A stretch of DNA of 63,683 nt, taken from positions 1 through 63,683 of the forward strand of contig DATJIR010000386.1 of NCBI GenBank assembly GCA_035493135.1, in the 5' to 3' direction. Below, piece by piece: positions 1 to 9,600 of this stretch. Both the position numbers and the translations under genes were made by a program. The notes beneath the pieces are model-generated. The model worked only from the letters and a program-made list of their open reading frames with translations, searched no databases and was not told the DNA's origin. The DNA comes from Verrucomicrobiia bacterium (GTDB lineage: Bacteria > Methylomirabilota > Methylomirabilia > Rokubacteriales > CSP1-6). Within the stretch, counting starts at the first letter, position 1, and every line of letters begins with the position of its first letter.

Positions 1-1
1 C

Positions 2-232
2 GGGGTGGCCTCACAGCTCCTGGTGGAGATGCTGGGGCTCGATCCGGAGGCGGGCCACAACCGTCTCACCCTCACGCGCCCGGTCTTGCCGGCGAGGCTG
101 CCGTGGCTGGAGGTGCGCGGCCTGCGCCTGGGCCGCTCGCGCTTCGACGTCCACGTCACGCGAGGGCGCGAGGGCGCTGCGGTCGAGGTGCTCGACCGTC
201 AGGGCGACGCCGAGCTCGTGGTGAGAGGCTAG
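2..232 (+). CDS. 3' end of a glycogen-debranching / amylo-alpha-1,6-glucosidase-like protein (5' partial)
   Basis: The reading frame is open to the window edge and stops at TAG 230-232. The tail LTLTRPVLPARLPWLEVRGLRLGRSRFDV resembles C-termini of GDE_C-type enzymes. The family call is from memory only. Confidence 0.35.
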   Translation, partial: GVASQLLVEMLGLDPEAGHNRLTLTRPVLPARLPWLEVRGLRLGRSRFDVHVTRGREGAAVEVLDRQGDAELVVRG

Positions 233-429
233 CGGCGTGCGGGGGCCATCTTGGAGCCCCGCCCCGTCTTGTCCGAGTCGGTCCTCCCGCAAAATGACCC
301 ATTCCGAATCTTTCCCCAAGCAGGTCCTCCCTGGGTAGAGTGGTGTCCTTACTCGGTAGAGGACGCACCAGGGGCAGTGCACCGACGATTTGCCCATCGG
401 ACATGACCAGCTCACAAGGGGGGACTGCG

Positions 430-822
430 ATGCCCAAGACGACCCAGCTCTCGCTCAGCCTCGAGTCGCGACCCGGCACGCTTGCCGCGCTGGCCCGCAC
501 GCTCGCTGACGCCGGCGTCAACATCACGGCACTCAGTGCCGCCGAGGCGTCCGGCCGCGGGAAGATCCGGCTGCTGGTCCACGACCCGGTCCGGGCCAAG
601 CGCGCGCTCCGCATGGCCAAGTATCGGTTCAGCGAGGAGCCGGCGTTCGCGTTGCGGCTCCGGAACAAGCCGGGTGCGCTCGCTCGGGTCTCGGCCCGGC
701 TGGCAAAGGAGCGGATCAACGTCCGATCGATCTACGCCACCACGGCAGGCCGTGGCTCCGCCATGGTCGTCCTGACATTGGGGGGCAAGGCAAGCAAGGC
801 GCACAGAGTCCTGGGTCGCTGA
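430..822 (+). CDS. Tandem ACT-domain protein
   Basis: There are two ACT-like repeats (SLESRPGTLAALARTLADAGVNITAL and LRLRNKPGALARVSARLAKERINVRSI). ATG 430 follows a G-rich RBS. The ORF-track start at 340 is judged too early. Confidence 0.7.
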   Translation: MPKTTQLSLSLESRPGTLAALARTLADAGVNITALSAAEASGRGKIRLLVHDPVRAKRALRMAKYRFSEEPAFALRLRNKPGALARVSARLAKERINVRSIYATTAGRGSAMVVLTLGGKASKAHRVLGR

Positions 823-859
823 CCGCTGGCGGCTGTCGCGGCGCGCATAGATCGGCGCC

Positions 860-888
860 TTGACAGGCGGCCGGGGTGGCGTTCTACT
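860..888 (+). promoter_or_regulatory. Sigma70-like promoter candidate with no annotated gene downstream
   Basis: TTGACA at 860-865, a 17-nt spacer, then TCTACT at 883-888. Downstream there are only hairpins and ORFs shorter than 20 codons. Confidence 0.25.
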
Positions 889-970
889 GACCCCGCGATG
901 GGGCAGGATGGCTCATCGTGATCGGTGCGTCATGGAGGTAGGGATGGATACGCCACCGGACCACCCAGTC

Positions 971-1005
971 GCGTCATCGGCGCGGTAACAGGCCGCCGAT
1001 GACGC
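971..1005. other. Perfect 12-bp inverted repeat (hairpin)
   Basis: gcgtcatcggcg (971-982) pairs with cgccgatgacgc (994-1005), leaving an 11-nt loop. Confidence 0.6.
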
Positions 1006-1086
1006 CGCGGCAGCACGACAGCCTGTACTGAATCCCGACTCGTGCCGGGGCGCGCAGCGGGAGCTGCGCACACACCTGAGGGACCC

Positions 1087-1112
1087 GCGGGCGGGGCACT
1101 CGTCCCGCCCGC
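1087..1112. terminator. GC-rich hairpin, possible terminator for the hydrolase gene at 1233-2438 (minus)
   Basis: gcgggcggg (1087-1095) pairs with cccgcccgc (1104-1112). There is no U-tract, and it lies about 120 nt downstream of the stop. Confidence 0.3.
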
Positions 1113-1232
1113 CCCCTCTACCGTTGCCTCCCCGCGCTCCGCGCTGTGCACCCTCACCTCGGCAAGCGGCTCATCGTGTTCTGCCGGAACCGTGGGCGAC
1201 TTGCGACGAAGCTTCGGGAGACCCCAGGCGGC

Positions 1233-2438
1233 TCAGTCGTCGATCGCCTGGTAGGCGGACGTCCAGAAGTCGAGCACGGCCGGCGGCAGACGCAACGCTC
1301 CTGGACGGCACTGCGCCATGAGGACACCGACCATCTCCTCGCGTGGGTCCACGTACAACGATGTGCTGAAAGCACCGTCCCAGCCGAAGCGTCCGGGCAC
1401 GCCGGCGACAGCGTCGCGCCGGGTCACGATCGAAAGGCCCAGGCCCCAGCCACGCGAGTCCCAGAAGTGTTCGAAGAACGGCGAGGCGACCTTCTGCTCG
1501 GGCGTCAACTGATCGGTGGTCATGAGCTCTATCGACAGCCGCGACAGAATCCGCTCTCTACCGTATACGCCTCGATTCAGCATCATCCGGCCGAACGCGA
1601 GCAGATCATCAGCTGTGGAGACGAGCTGGTCTCCCGCGCCGGACTCGAAGACGCACGGACGCGCGAGGAGGTCGCTGCGAGCCTCTTCGAGCACCGTGAT
1701 CTCGCCGCTCGAAAAGTCTGTCTGGTAGCAGGTCGCGACCCGGTCGAGCTGTGCCTCCGGCACGGTGAAACCGGTGTCGTTCATCCCCAGAGGCTCGAAG
1801 ATCCGCTTGCGCATGAAGGCCGACAACGGCATGCCGGAAACGCGGGCAATTAGAACACCCAAGATCTCCGCGCTCATGTGATACAGCCATCGCTCGCCCG
1901 GTTGATTTGCGAGCGGCAGGCCGCCGAGGCACTGCATGAAATCGTCGGGAGTCCCGGGGAACATCCATGCGCTCAACGGTAGGCGAGCTTCGATCAGCGC
2001 CCTCTGGAGCGGGCACGTCGGCGAGAGGAACGCCACTTCGCCGTACCCCGAGCGAAACGTCAACAGGTCACGCACCGTGATCGGGCGCTTCGTGGGCACC
2101 GTATCGTCGAGCTCGCTGTCGATCGTCCGCAGGACCTTCCGGTTCGCTAGCTCCGGCAGGAATTCATCGACGGCATCGTCGAGCCTGAGCTTGCATTCCT
2201 CGACGAGAATCATCGCGGCCACCGCCGTGATCGGCTTCGTCACCGAGGCCAGGCGGAAGATCGTATCGCGCCGCATCGGCGCCTTGCGGTCGAACGCCAG
2301 GCCCCCGATAGCGTCCACGTGCTCCGCGCCACGCCGGCTGATGAGCGCGACGAGGCCAGGCAGTCGGCCGCGGTCCACGTGGCGGACCAGGGTGTCGTGC
2401 ATCCTCGCCAGCCGCGTGGGGGAGAATCCGCTAGTCAT
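1233..2438 (-). CDS. Serine hydrolase, beta-lactamase/transpeptidase-like family
   Basis: 401 aa, with an SxxK motif in FRLASVTKPITAVAAM. ATG at 2436-2438. Confidence 0.8.
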   Translation of the reverse strand: MTSGFSPTRLARMHDTLVRHVDRGRLPGLVALISRRGAEHVDAIGGLAFDRKAPMRRDTIFRLASVTKPITAVAAMILVEECKLRLDDAVDEFLPELANRKVLRTIDSELDDTVPTKRPITVRDLLTFRSGYGEVAFLSPTCPLQRALIEARLPLSAWMFPGTPDDFMQCLGGLPLANQPGERWLYHMSAEILGVLIARVSGMPLSAFMRKRIFEPLGMNDTGFTVPEAQLDRVATCYQTDFSSGEITVLEEARSDLLARPCVFESGAGDQLVSTADDLLAFGRMMLNRGVYGRERILSRLSIELMTTDQLTPEQKVASPFFEHFWDSRGWGLGLSIVTRRDAVAGVPGRFGWDGAFSTSLYVDPREEMVGVLMAQCRPGALRLPPAVLDFWTSAYQAIDD

Positions 2439-2766
2439 CGACCGCGGCGTGGGGATGATTCTGCCGTCTTCGGTGACGTGCCGATGTCGAGTGCGCGTGA
2501 CTTCATGCTCTGCTCCTCTCGCCGAGTCGGCACGATGCGAAACAACACGCGTGCCTCGCGCGACATCGGGTCTGACCGCCGGAGCGCGCAGCGGCTGCGC
2601 GAGATCGACCCCTCCGTAAGCGAGCCAAGGAGAGCCGAGTCGCTGACGTGAGAAGCGCTCGTGTTCGATGTGTTCTTTGGCTTCCTAGCCACTCACCCGG
2701 CCGCGGGTCAGGAGGGCTCAAGCGGAGAGGAAAGATCCCGCGCGGGTTGGGCGTGGCCCGTCACCG

Positions 2767-3675
2767 TTACCCCTTCGTCGCCCCGGCCGTAAGGCCGGCG
2801 ATGTAGTAGTCCATCAGGAACGCGTAGATGAGGACCGGCGGCGCGGCGGCCACGAGCGCGCCGGCCATCAGCCCTCCCCAGTGGTACACGTCACCGCGGA
2901 TCAGCGTGGCAACAGTGCCCACGGTCACGACCATCTCCGCCGGGTTGAAGATGAACGCGGCCGGGTACAAGAAGGCGGCCCAGGAGACCGTGAAGGCGAA
3001 GATGGTGGCAGCGACGATCCCCGGGAGCGCGACGGGGATGAAAATCTTGAACAGCATCTGGAATTCTCCCGCGCCGTCGATCAATGCCGCTTCGTCCAGC
3101 TCCTTGGGAATGGAGGCGAAATAGCCGATCATGATCCAGGTGCAGAAGGGCACCGCCAGACACGGATAGACCGCCACCAGTGCCCACTTCGTGTTCAGCA
3201 GTCCCAGGGCGCCGAGCACCTTGAAGAGCGGGATGAACAGCAGCCCCTCCGGCACCAGGTAGGTGAGGAACACCCCGGCCGCCAGTGCCCCCGAGCCAAA
3301 GAAGCGCATGCGCGCCAGCGAATAGGCGGCGATGACGCTGATGCACATGGACAGGATCACCGAACAGAGGGTGACGATCACGGTGTTCAGAAAGAACGTG
3401 GGGAACCGGGTATTGGTCAGCAGGTTCGTATAGTGATAGAGCGTCGGGGCCTGGTTGATGATCCAGGGGCTCCCCTTCAGCGTCGAGATCTCCACGTCGG
3501 TCTTGAAGGACGTGATGATCATGTAATACGGCGGAAACAGGAAGAACACCGCAAAGATACCCAGGAACACGTAGGCCAGGATCAGCGCCCAACGCCGGCT
3601 GCGCCGGATGCTGCCGCCGCGGGCCATGACATTCGCCTCGACCACGGGAGCGCGGGAGATGGCTCGACTGTTCAT
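2767..3675 (-). CDS. Carbohydrate ABC transporter permease (MalG-like)
   Basis: Multi-TM protein with an EAA-type loop, LDEAALIDGAGEFQMLFKIFIP. It lies 7 nt downstream of the partner permease gene. Confidence 0.85.
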   Translation of the reverse strand: MNSRAISRAPVVEANVMARGGSIRRSRRWALILAYVFLGIFAVFFLFPPYYMIITSFKTDVEISTLKGSPWIINQAPTLYHYTNLLTNTRFPTFFLNTVIVTLCSVILSMCISVIAAYSLARMRFFGSGALAAGVFLTYLVPEGLLFIPLFKVLGALGLLNTKWALVAVYPCLAVPFCTWIMIGYFASIPKELDEAALIDGAGEFQMLFKIFIPVALPGIVAATIFAFTVSWAAFLYPAAFIFNPAEMVVTVGTVATLIRGDVYHWGGLMAGALVAAAPPVLIYAFLMDYYIAGLTAGATKG

Positions 3676-3682
3676 AGTTCCC

Positions 3683-4630
3683 TCAGATTTCCCGGGTGCG
3701 GCGCGAAACGTCGCGCAGGATGAAGATGGCCAGGATCGCCAGCAGCGGGAACAAGAACAGCGAGACGGCGGCGGCCAGCGGAATGTCGCCGGAGCCGATG
3801 CCCAGCTTGAACGCCCACGTGCTAAAGAGATCCGTCGTGTTGCGCGGGCCGCCGTACGTCAGCACCCGCACGATGTCGAAATTCGCGAAGGTCACGATGG
3901 TGGAGAACAAGACCGTGATGGCGATGATGTTCCGCATCATCGGGATCGTCACGTAGATCAAACGCTGGACCGCGTTCGCGCCGTCGATGGCGGCCGACTC
4001 GTACAGCTCGGCCGAGACGGACTTGAGCCCGGCCAGGTACATGATCATGAAGAACGGCGACCCGTACCAGATGTTGACCAGGATCACCGAGAAACGCGCC
4101 CAGAACGGCTCGCTCAACCAGGGGATGCTGATCCCGACGGTAGCGCGGAGCAGCCAGTTGATCGCGCTGTAGGTGGGGTCGAACAGCCACCACCAGCCGA
4201 GGGTGCTGAGGGCCGGCGGAATGACCCACGGCACCAGCAGCATCCCCCGCCAGATCCGCTGTCGCCTGTTCGGCAAGACATCCACCAGGTGCGCGAGGAC
4301 GAATCCGATCACCGCCTTGAAAAACACTGCGGTCAGGGCGAACAGGAAGGACTGCTGAACGACCATCCAAAACGTGTCGCGTTTGAAAAGAAATTCGAAA
4401 TTCTTGAAGCCGACGAACGCCGTCTCCGACTTGTTGAGCAAGCTGAGCCGGATCCCATAGAAGAACGGGTATACGACAAACCCTCCGATCAGCGCCAGCA
4501 GGGGCACGACGAGCAGGAACGCCAGCGTGGAGCGGGCGGAAGCGAACTTGCGGAGCCGATAACCCAGCCGCGCCCGCTGGCTCTCACTATTCAGCAGAGC
4601 CGCGGCAGAGTGGGTGATGTGCTGGGTCAT
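3683..4630 (-). CDS. Carbohydrate ABC transporter permease (MalF-like)
   Basis: Multi-TM protein with the EAA loop LYESAAIDGANAVQRLIYVTIP. ATG 4630 has a GAGGGGA RBS, and the TTG at 4660 is less likely. Confidence 0.85.
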   Translation of the reverse strand: MTQHITHSAAALLNSESQRARLGYRLRKFASARSTLAFLLVVPLLALIGGFVVYPFFYGIRLSLLNKSETAFVGFKNFEFLFKRDTFWMVVQQSFLFALTAVFFKAVIGFVLAHLVDVLPNRRQRIWRGMLLVPWVIPPALSTLGWWWLFDPTYSAINWLLRATVGISIPWLSEPFWARFSVILVNIWYGSPFFMIMYLAGLKSVSAELYESAAIDGANAVQRLIYVTIPMMRNIIAITVLFSTIVTFANFDIVRVLTYGGPRNTTDLFSTWAFKLGIGSGDIPLAAAVSLFLFPLLAILAIFILRDVSRRTREI

Positions 4631-4740
4631 GGGAAGATCCCCTCGTGGTGACTCGTCCAACGCTTCGCCCGGCCCCCCTCAGAAAGCGGGAAGGGCTCCG
4701 CCCCCGGCCCGAGGGCCGGGGGCGGAGATGCACTCGCGAA

Positions 4741-6096
4741 TCAGGCTTCCCGCAGGAAGCCGTCCAGCTCGTTCTCCGCCCACTTGATGGCTTCGTTCAT
4801 GGACATCTTCCCGGCGGTGTAACGCGCCGTCAGGTTGCCAAAGGTGGACTGGGCGTAGATCTGGCCACCGACCCCGGAGGGTGCCGGCATCCCGCCCATC
4901 CAGGGAATTTCATCGCCGCGGATCGGATAGTTGTACTGGCCGCCCGACGGAGGACCCGCCTTGACCCAGGCGTCGTGAGTCAGGAAGCTGGCGATCTGCG
5001 GCATGTCGTAGCCATCGGAAGCAGTCAGGATCTGGAAGACCTGTTCCTTCTGGTTGATGTGGCGCACCAGGTCCTTGGCGGCCGACTTGTTCTTGGCGAA
5101 GTTCCAGACGCCCAGGTTGTACATCAGGGAACCCCGATAGCGGCCGTTGGGGCCGCGCGGGGTGTCGTGATGCCACATCTGTGCGGCATTGGCGGGCTGC
5201 GTCTTCTTCGCCGCCGCCCAGGCGCTGGGGGGATTCTGAATGCAGGCGCCTCGGCCCGAAATGATGTGCAGGTTGTTGCCCGCATCGTCCCAGGAATATA
5301 TCTCCGGCGGCATGAACTGGGTCAGCTTCTTCATGTACTCCAGCGCCGCCCGAGTGCCGTCGGAGTTGACGGTGATCTTGCCGCTTTCGTTCACCAGTTC
5401 GCTGCCGAAGGACTTGAAGAGTGGCCCCAGCCAGGAGTTGGTGTCACTCGTTTGGCCGATCGGGTTGCCAAAGGGCACGCCCGCCTTGTGCAGCTTTTCC
5501 GCGTAGACGAGGAAGTTGTCGTAGTTCCAGGCGTCGACCAGTTTCTTGTCGCGCTGTTTCACATCGGTGGGGAAGACCTTTTGCAGGTCCACGCCGCAAT
5601 GCTTCTGGAAGAGATCCAAACGCGACACCATGGGGTAGCTGTGTGATCCCGTCGGAGCCGGGACGGCCCGCCACACTCCTTTGATCTTGCAGGCATATTC
5701 CGCCACGAGGGAATACTTCCCGTAGGCTTTCTGCATCTCGGCGGCGATATCGTCCAGGGGCTCCAGCGAGTCCCTCAGGATCGAGGGATACTGCTGAGGC
5801 AGCATGAAGACATCATGACCCTCCTTGGCCCGCGATTCCGCCACCGCCATCAGAGTGTTGGAGTTGCCCTGGGAGGTGACGAAGTCCACGGAGAGGTCGA
5901 CCTTGTTTTTCGCCGCCCAGTCCATCATCAACTTCTTCTGGACATCGTTCGAGGCTGGCACCCAATGGTCCCAGAGGGCCACGGTCAACTTCCCGGCCGC
6001 ATGGGATCGGCGGATGAACGGAGGTGCGGTCAGTGCCGCGGTGGCGAGCGCTGCGGTCTCGATGAATTGCCGTCGGGTGGTCTTCAAATGCTTCAT
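4741..6096 (-). CDS. Extracellular solute-binding protein, sugar type, Tat signal
   Basis: The N-terminus MKHLKTTRRQFIETAALATAALTAPPFIRRSHA is a twin-arginine signal. ATG at 6094-6096. The longer ORF-track N-terminus has no coding character. Confidence 0.85.
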   Translation of the reverse strand: MKHLKTTRRQFIETAALATAALTAPPFIRRSHAAGKLTVALWDHWVPASNDVQKKLMMDWAAKNKVDLSVDFVTSQGNSNTLMAVAESRAKEGHDVFMLPQQYPSILRDSLEPLDDIAAEMQKAYGKYSLVAEYACKIKGVWRAVPAPTGSHSYPMVSRLDLFQKHCGVDLQKVFPTDVKQRDKKLVDAWNYDNFLVYAEKLHKAGVPFGNPIGQTSDTNSWLGPLFKSFGSELVNESGKITVNSDGTRAALEYMKKLTQFMPPEIYSWDDAGNNLHIISGRGACIQNPPSAWAAAKKTQPANAAQMWHHDTPRGPNGRYRGSLMYNLGVWNFAKNKSAAKDLVRHINQKEQVFQILTASDGYDMPQIASFLTHDAWVKAGPPSGGQYNYPIRGDEIPWMGGMPAPSGVGGQIYAQSTFGNLTARYTAGKMSMNEAIKWAENELDGFLREA

Positions 6097-6324
6097 TGGG
6101 ATCCCTCTCTTTCTTCGAAGACATCTGCGGACGATTCTCCCTGCACGCTGGCGGATTTCCGCCCTTGCCTTGAAGTCACGGCATGGCAGCAATCGAGGTG
6201 CCAGGCCGACATTGCAGGGGATTCGCGAGGTTGCGAGCAGGGCAAGTTGGCCGGAGTGGGGCAGTGTCGCGACTCTGCGGCATGGCCGCCCCACACGCTT
6301 GGTCCCGCCAGCCTCTTCGCGTAG

Positions 6325-6621
6325 CACTCCGCCCGGCGCGAGGGCGGGGAGCTAGCCCTGCGCTGGGAGATCGTCGAGCCCAGGAGCCTGCCCTTGGAGG
6401 GCGAGCTCGCCGGCATCATCGCCCGCCGGTGGGCGGCGCGGGTCGTGGGCGCGAAAACGACGCTTCGCGGGTAGTGGCGTGACGCCGGAACGTGATCCGC
6501 GCGGGCGTGAGCGAACTGGTGGCGTTGTCGATCTCGGGCCACCGAGGCGGTGGGGTCTTCCGCCCGCTACACCATCACCACGACCGCGAACCAGCGTCAG
6601 CACTCCTGCAGACCGCGGTGA
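6325..6621 (+). pseudogene. Degraded tyrosine recombinase (phage-integrase family) remnant
   Basis: Three out-of-frame pieces carry integrase-like motifs: REGGELALRWEIVEPRSLPLEGELAGIIARRWAAR (stop at 6472), RRNVIRAGVSELVALSISGHRGGGVFR, and RYTITTTANQRQ after a 1-nt shift. The roughly 100 aa normally found between the first two motifs are missing. Confidence 0.4.
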
Positions 6622-6673
6622 AGACACCGACAGATCGAGCCCTCCGGTGCGTGCGCGCTAACCCGGCGTCAGA

Positions 6674-9600
6674 TCACGAGCAGCCGGTGGTGGTGCCACA
6701 GGTGATGCACTTGAGACAGGTGCCGTTGCGCACCATCGTGAACTGGCCGCACTCGCCGCACGGATCGCCCTCGTAGCCCTTCAGCCGGGCCATCTCGGAC
6801 GCCGAGGGGCTCTTCCACGTCGGGCCCGTCGCGGCCACCGGCAGGGGCGCCACCGGCATGGGCGCCGCCCCGCCGCTGCCTCCGCTCATGGGCGCGATGG
6901 TCCGGACCGTGCTGGCCTGGGGGGCCGCGGCCGGCGCCGGCGGCGCGGCCGCCACCGGCCCCTCGCCGGGCTTGCTGCCGATGGCGTCCGCACGCAGGTC
7001 GTCGTCGGGCACGTGCGAGAGATCGGTACGTCCGAGGTAGGTGATGGCCAGCTCGCGGAAGACATAATCGATCACCGAGGTCGACATCTTGATGCGGTCG
7101 TTGCCCTTCACCATGCCGTTGGGCTCGAACCGCGTGAAGACGAAGGCGTCCACGAACTCCTCCAGCGGCACCCCGTGCTGCAGCCCGAGCGAGATGGCGA
7201 TCGCGAAGCAGTTCATCAGGGAGCGGAAGGCCGCCCCTTCCTTGTGCATGTCGAGGAAGATCTCGCCGACCTGACCGTCCTCGTACTCCCCGGTGCGGAG
7301 GTAGACCTTGTGGCCGCCCACCACCGCCTTCTGGGTGTAGCCCTTCCGGCGGTCCGGCAGCCGGTGCCGCTCGCGCAGGTACTGGGTCACCACCCGCTCG
7401 GTCATCTTCTCGGCCACCGCCTCGACGTCGGCGGCCACCGCGCGCTCGTCGTCCTCGTCGGTGGTCGAGTTGAGCGGCTGGGAGAGCTTGGAGCCGTCGC
7501 GGTAGAGGGCCACCGCCTTGAGCATGCCCAGCCAGGCGAGGTCGTAGGCCCACTTCACGTCCTCGATGGTGGCGTCCTGGGGCATGTTGATGGTCTTGCT
7601 GATCGCGCCCGAGATGAAGGGCTGGGCCGCCGCCATCATCCGGATGTGCGCCTCGGTGGCGATGTAGCGCACCCCCCGCTTGCCGCAGCGATTGGCGCAG
7701 TCGAAGATCGCCAGGTGCTCGGACTTGAGGAGCGGGGCGCCCTCCACCGTCATGGTGCCGCAGCAGTAGTCGTTGGCCGCCTCGATCTCGGCCGCGGTGA
7801 AGCCGAGGGCCCGCAGGAGATTGCCGTTCCACTCCGCGAGCTGGGCCTCGTTCAGGCCGAGACGGGAGGCGATGTAGCCCTCGCCGAGGGTCCACGCGTT
7901 GAACGCGAAGGAGATGTCGAAGGCGGTCTCGATCGCGGTCTCGACCCGCTGCAGGCCCTCGTCGTCGAAGCCCTTGGCCCGCAGGCTCTCGTGGTTGATG
8001 GCGGGCGCGCCGCGCAGCGTCTTGTGGCCCACGCAGTAGGCCACGATGTCGTCGATCTGGCCCGCGGTGTAACCGATCGTCTCCAGGGCCACCGGCAGGC
8101 TCTGGTTGATGATCTTGAAGTACCCGCCGCCGGCCAGCTTCTTGAACTTCACCAGGGCGAAGTCCGGCTCGATGCCGGTGGTGTCGCAGTCCATCACCAG
8201 GCCGATCGTCCCGGTGGGAGCCAGCACCGTGACCTGGGCGTTGCGGTAGCCGAACTGCTCGCCGAGCGCCACCGCCCGGTCCCAGGTCTCGCGCGCGGCC
8301 TGCAGCAGCGGCGCGGGGCAGTGGGCCGGGTCGATGCCGTGCGGCGCGATGCTCAAGCCCTCGTACTCCGCGGCGGGGCCCCGGTAGGCCGCGCGCCGGT
8401 GATTGCGCATGACCCGCAGCATGGCGGCCTGGTTGCGCTGGAAGCCCGGGAAGGGGCCCAGGTCCCGGGCCATCTCCGCGGAGGTCGCGTAGGCCTCGCC
8501 GCACATCACCGCGGTGACCGCCCCGCAGATCGCGGTCGCCTCCGGCGAGTCGTAGGGGATGCCCTTGCGCATGAGCACGGTGCCCATGTTGGCGTAGCCC
8601 AGGCCCAGGGTGCGGTAGTCCCAGCTCCGCTGGGCGATGGCCGGGCTCGGGTAGGCCGCCATCAGCACGCTGATCTCGAGCACCGCCGTCCACAGCCGGC
8701 ACGCGTGCCGGAAGCCGTCGACGTCGAAGGAGCCGTCCTCGCGCAGGAACTTCACGAGGTTGATCGAGGCCAGGTTGCACGCGGTGTCGTCGAGGAACAT
8801 GTACTCCGAGCAGTTGTGGACGACCAGGCCGCCCGCAATGAAATGCTGGGTGACCTCCTCGGTCAGATCGAAGACCGGGGCGTCCCCGGCCGGCTCGACG
8901 GACGCGACCTCGTCGGTCAGATCCTCGGCGGCGGCCGGCTCTTCCCCGTTGATCCGGGCCAGCGCGGCGGCCTTCGGGCTCTCCGCGTAGAAGCCGATCT
9001 TCTGCTCGAACAGGACGCGGGAGCTGCGGCTGATCCGGAGCGAGTGCGTCGGATGCGGCCGTGACGGCTGGGCCTCGGCCAGCTGAGTGTCCTCATAGAG
9101 CCGCGCCTTGATGCCGAAGCCCAGGAGCAGCAGCTGGGTCTGGCGGAGCAGCTCGAGCGAGGTCGAGTCGAGCGAGATGTAGCGCGACTGCTCGCCGTAG
9201 TTCGCCACGCTGGCGTCCGCGGTGAACAGGCCGCGGAGCACGCCGGCCAGGGCGGGCCGGTCCAGGTCGAAGACCGCCGGGGTGAACCGGATGTTGGCCG
9301 CGCCCTCGTCGAGGACCGCGAACTCGCGGAAGAGGTCGATGGTGGCGGTCTCAGTCAGGACGAGCCGGGCGGCCGCCGCGGTCCGGGTGATGATCCCCGC
9401 GTCGTTCGATCGGCCCGCACCCACCGCCTGCAGCGCGGCGCGCCCCGCGTTGACCGCGCTCGCGACGGCCGCCAGCACCGGCGACTCGCCGGCGTCGGTG
9501 GTGAGCACCAGCGTTTCCTGGGCCCGCCCGCCGATCACCGAGTGCGAGAGGTGGCCCTCCGCCGCCGAGACCCCGACGCCCAGCGCCTGCCCGGGGGCGA

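Noticed and set aside
6097-6673. A tRNA or att site expected next to the integrase remnant.
   Set aside because: Reading both strands, I could not fold any roughly 75-nt cloverleaf or find a flanking direct repeat. By-eye detection is weak, so a tRNA scan should still be run.
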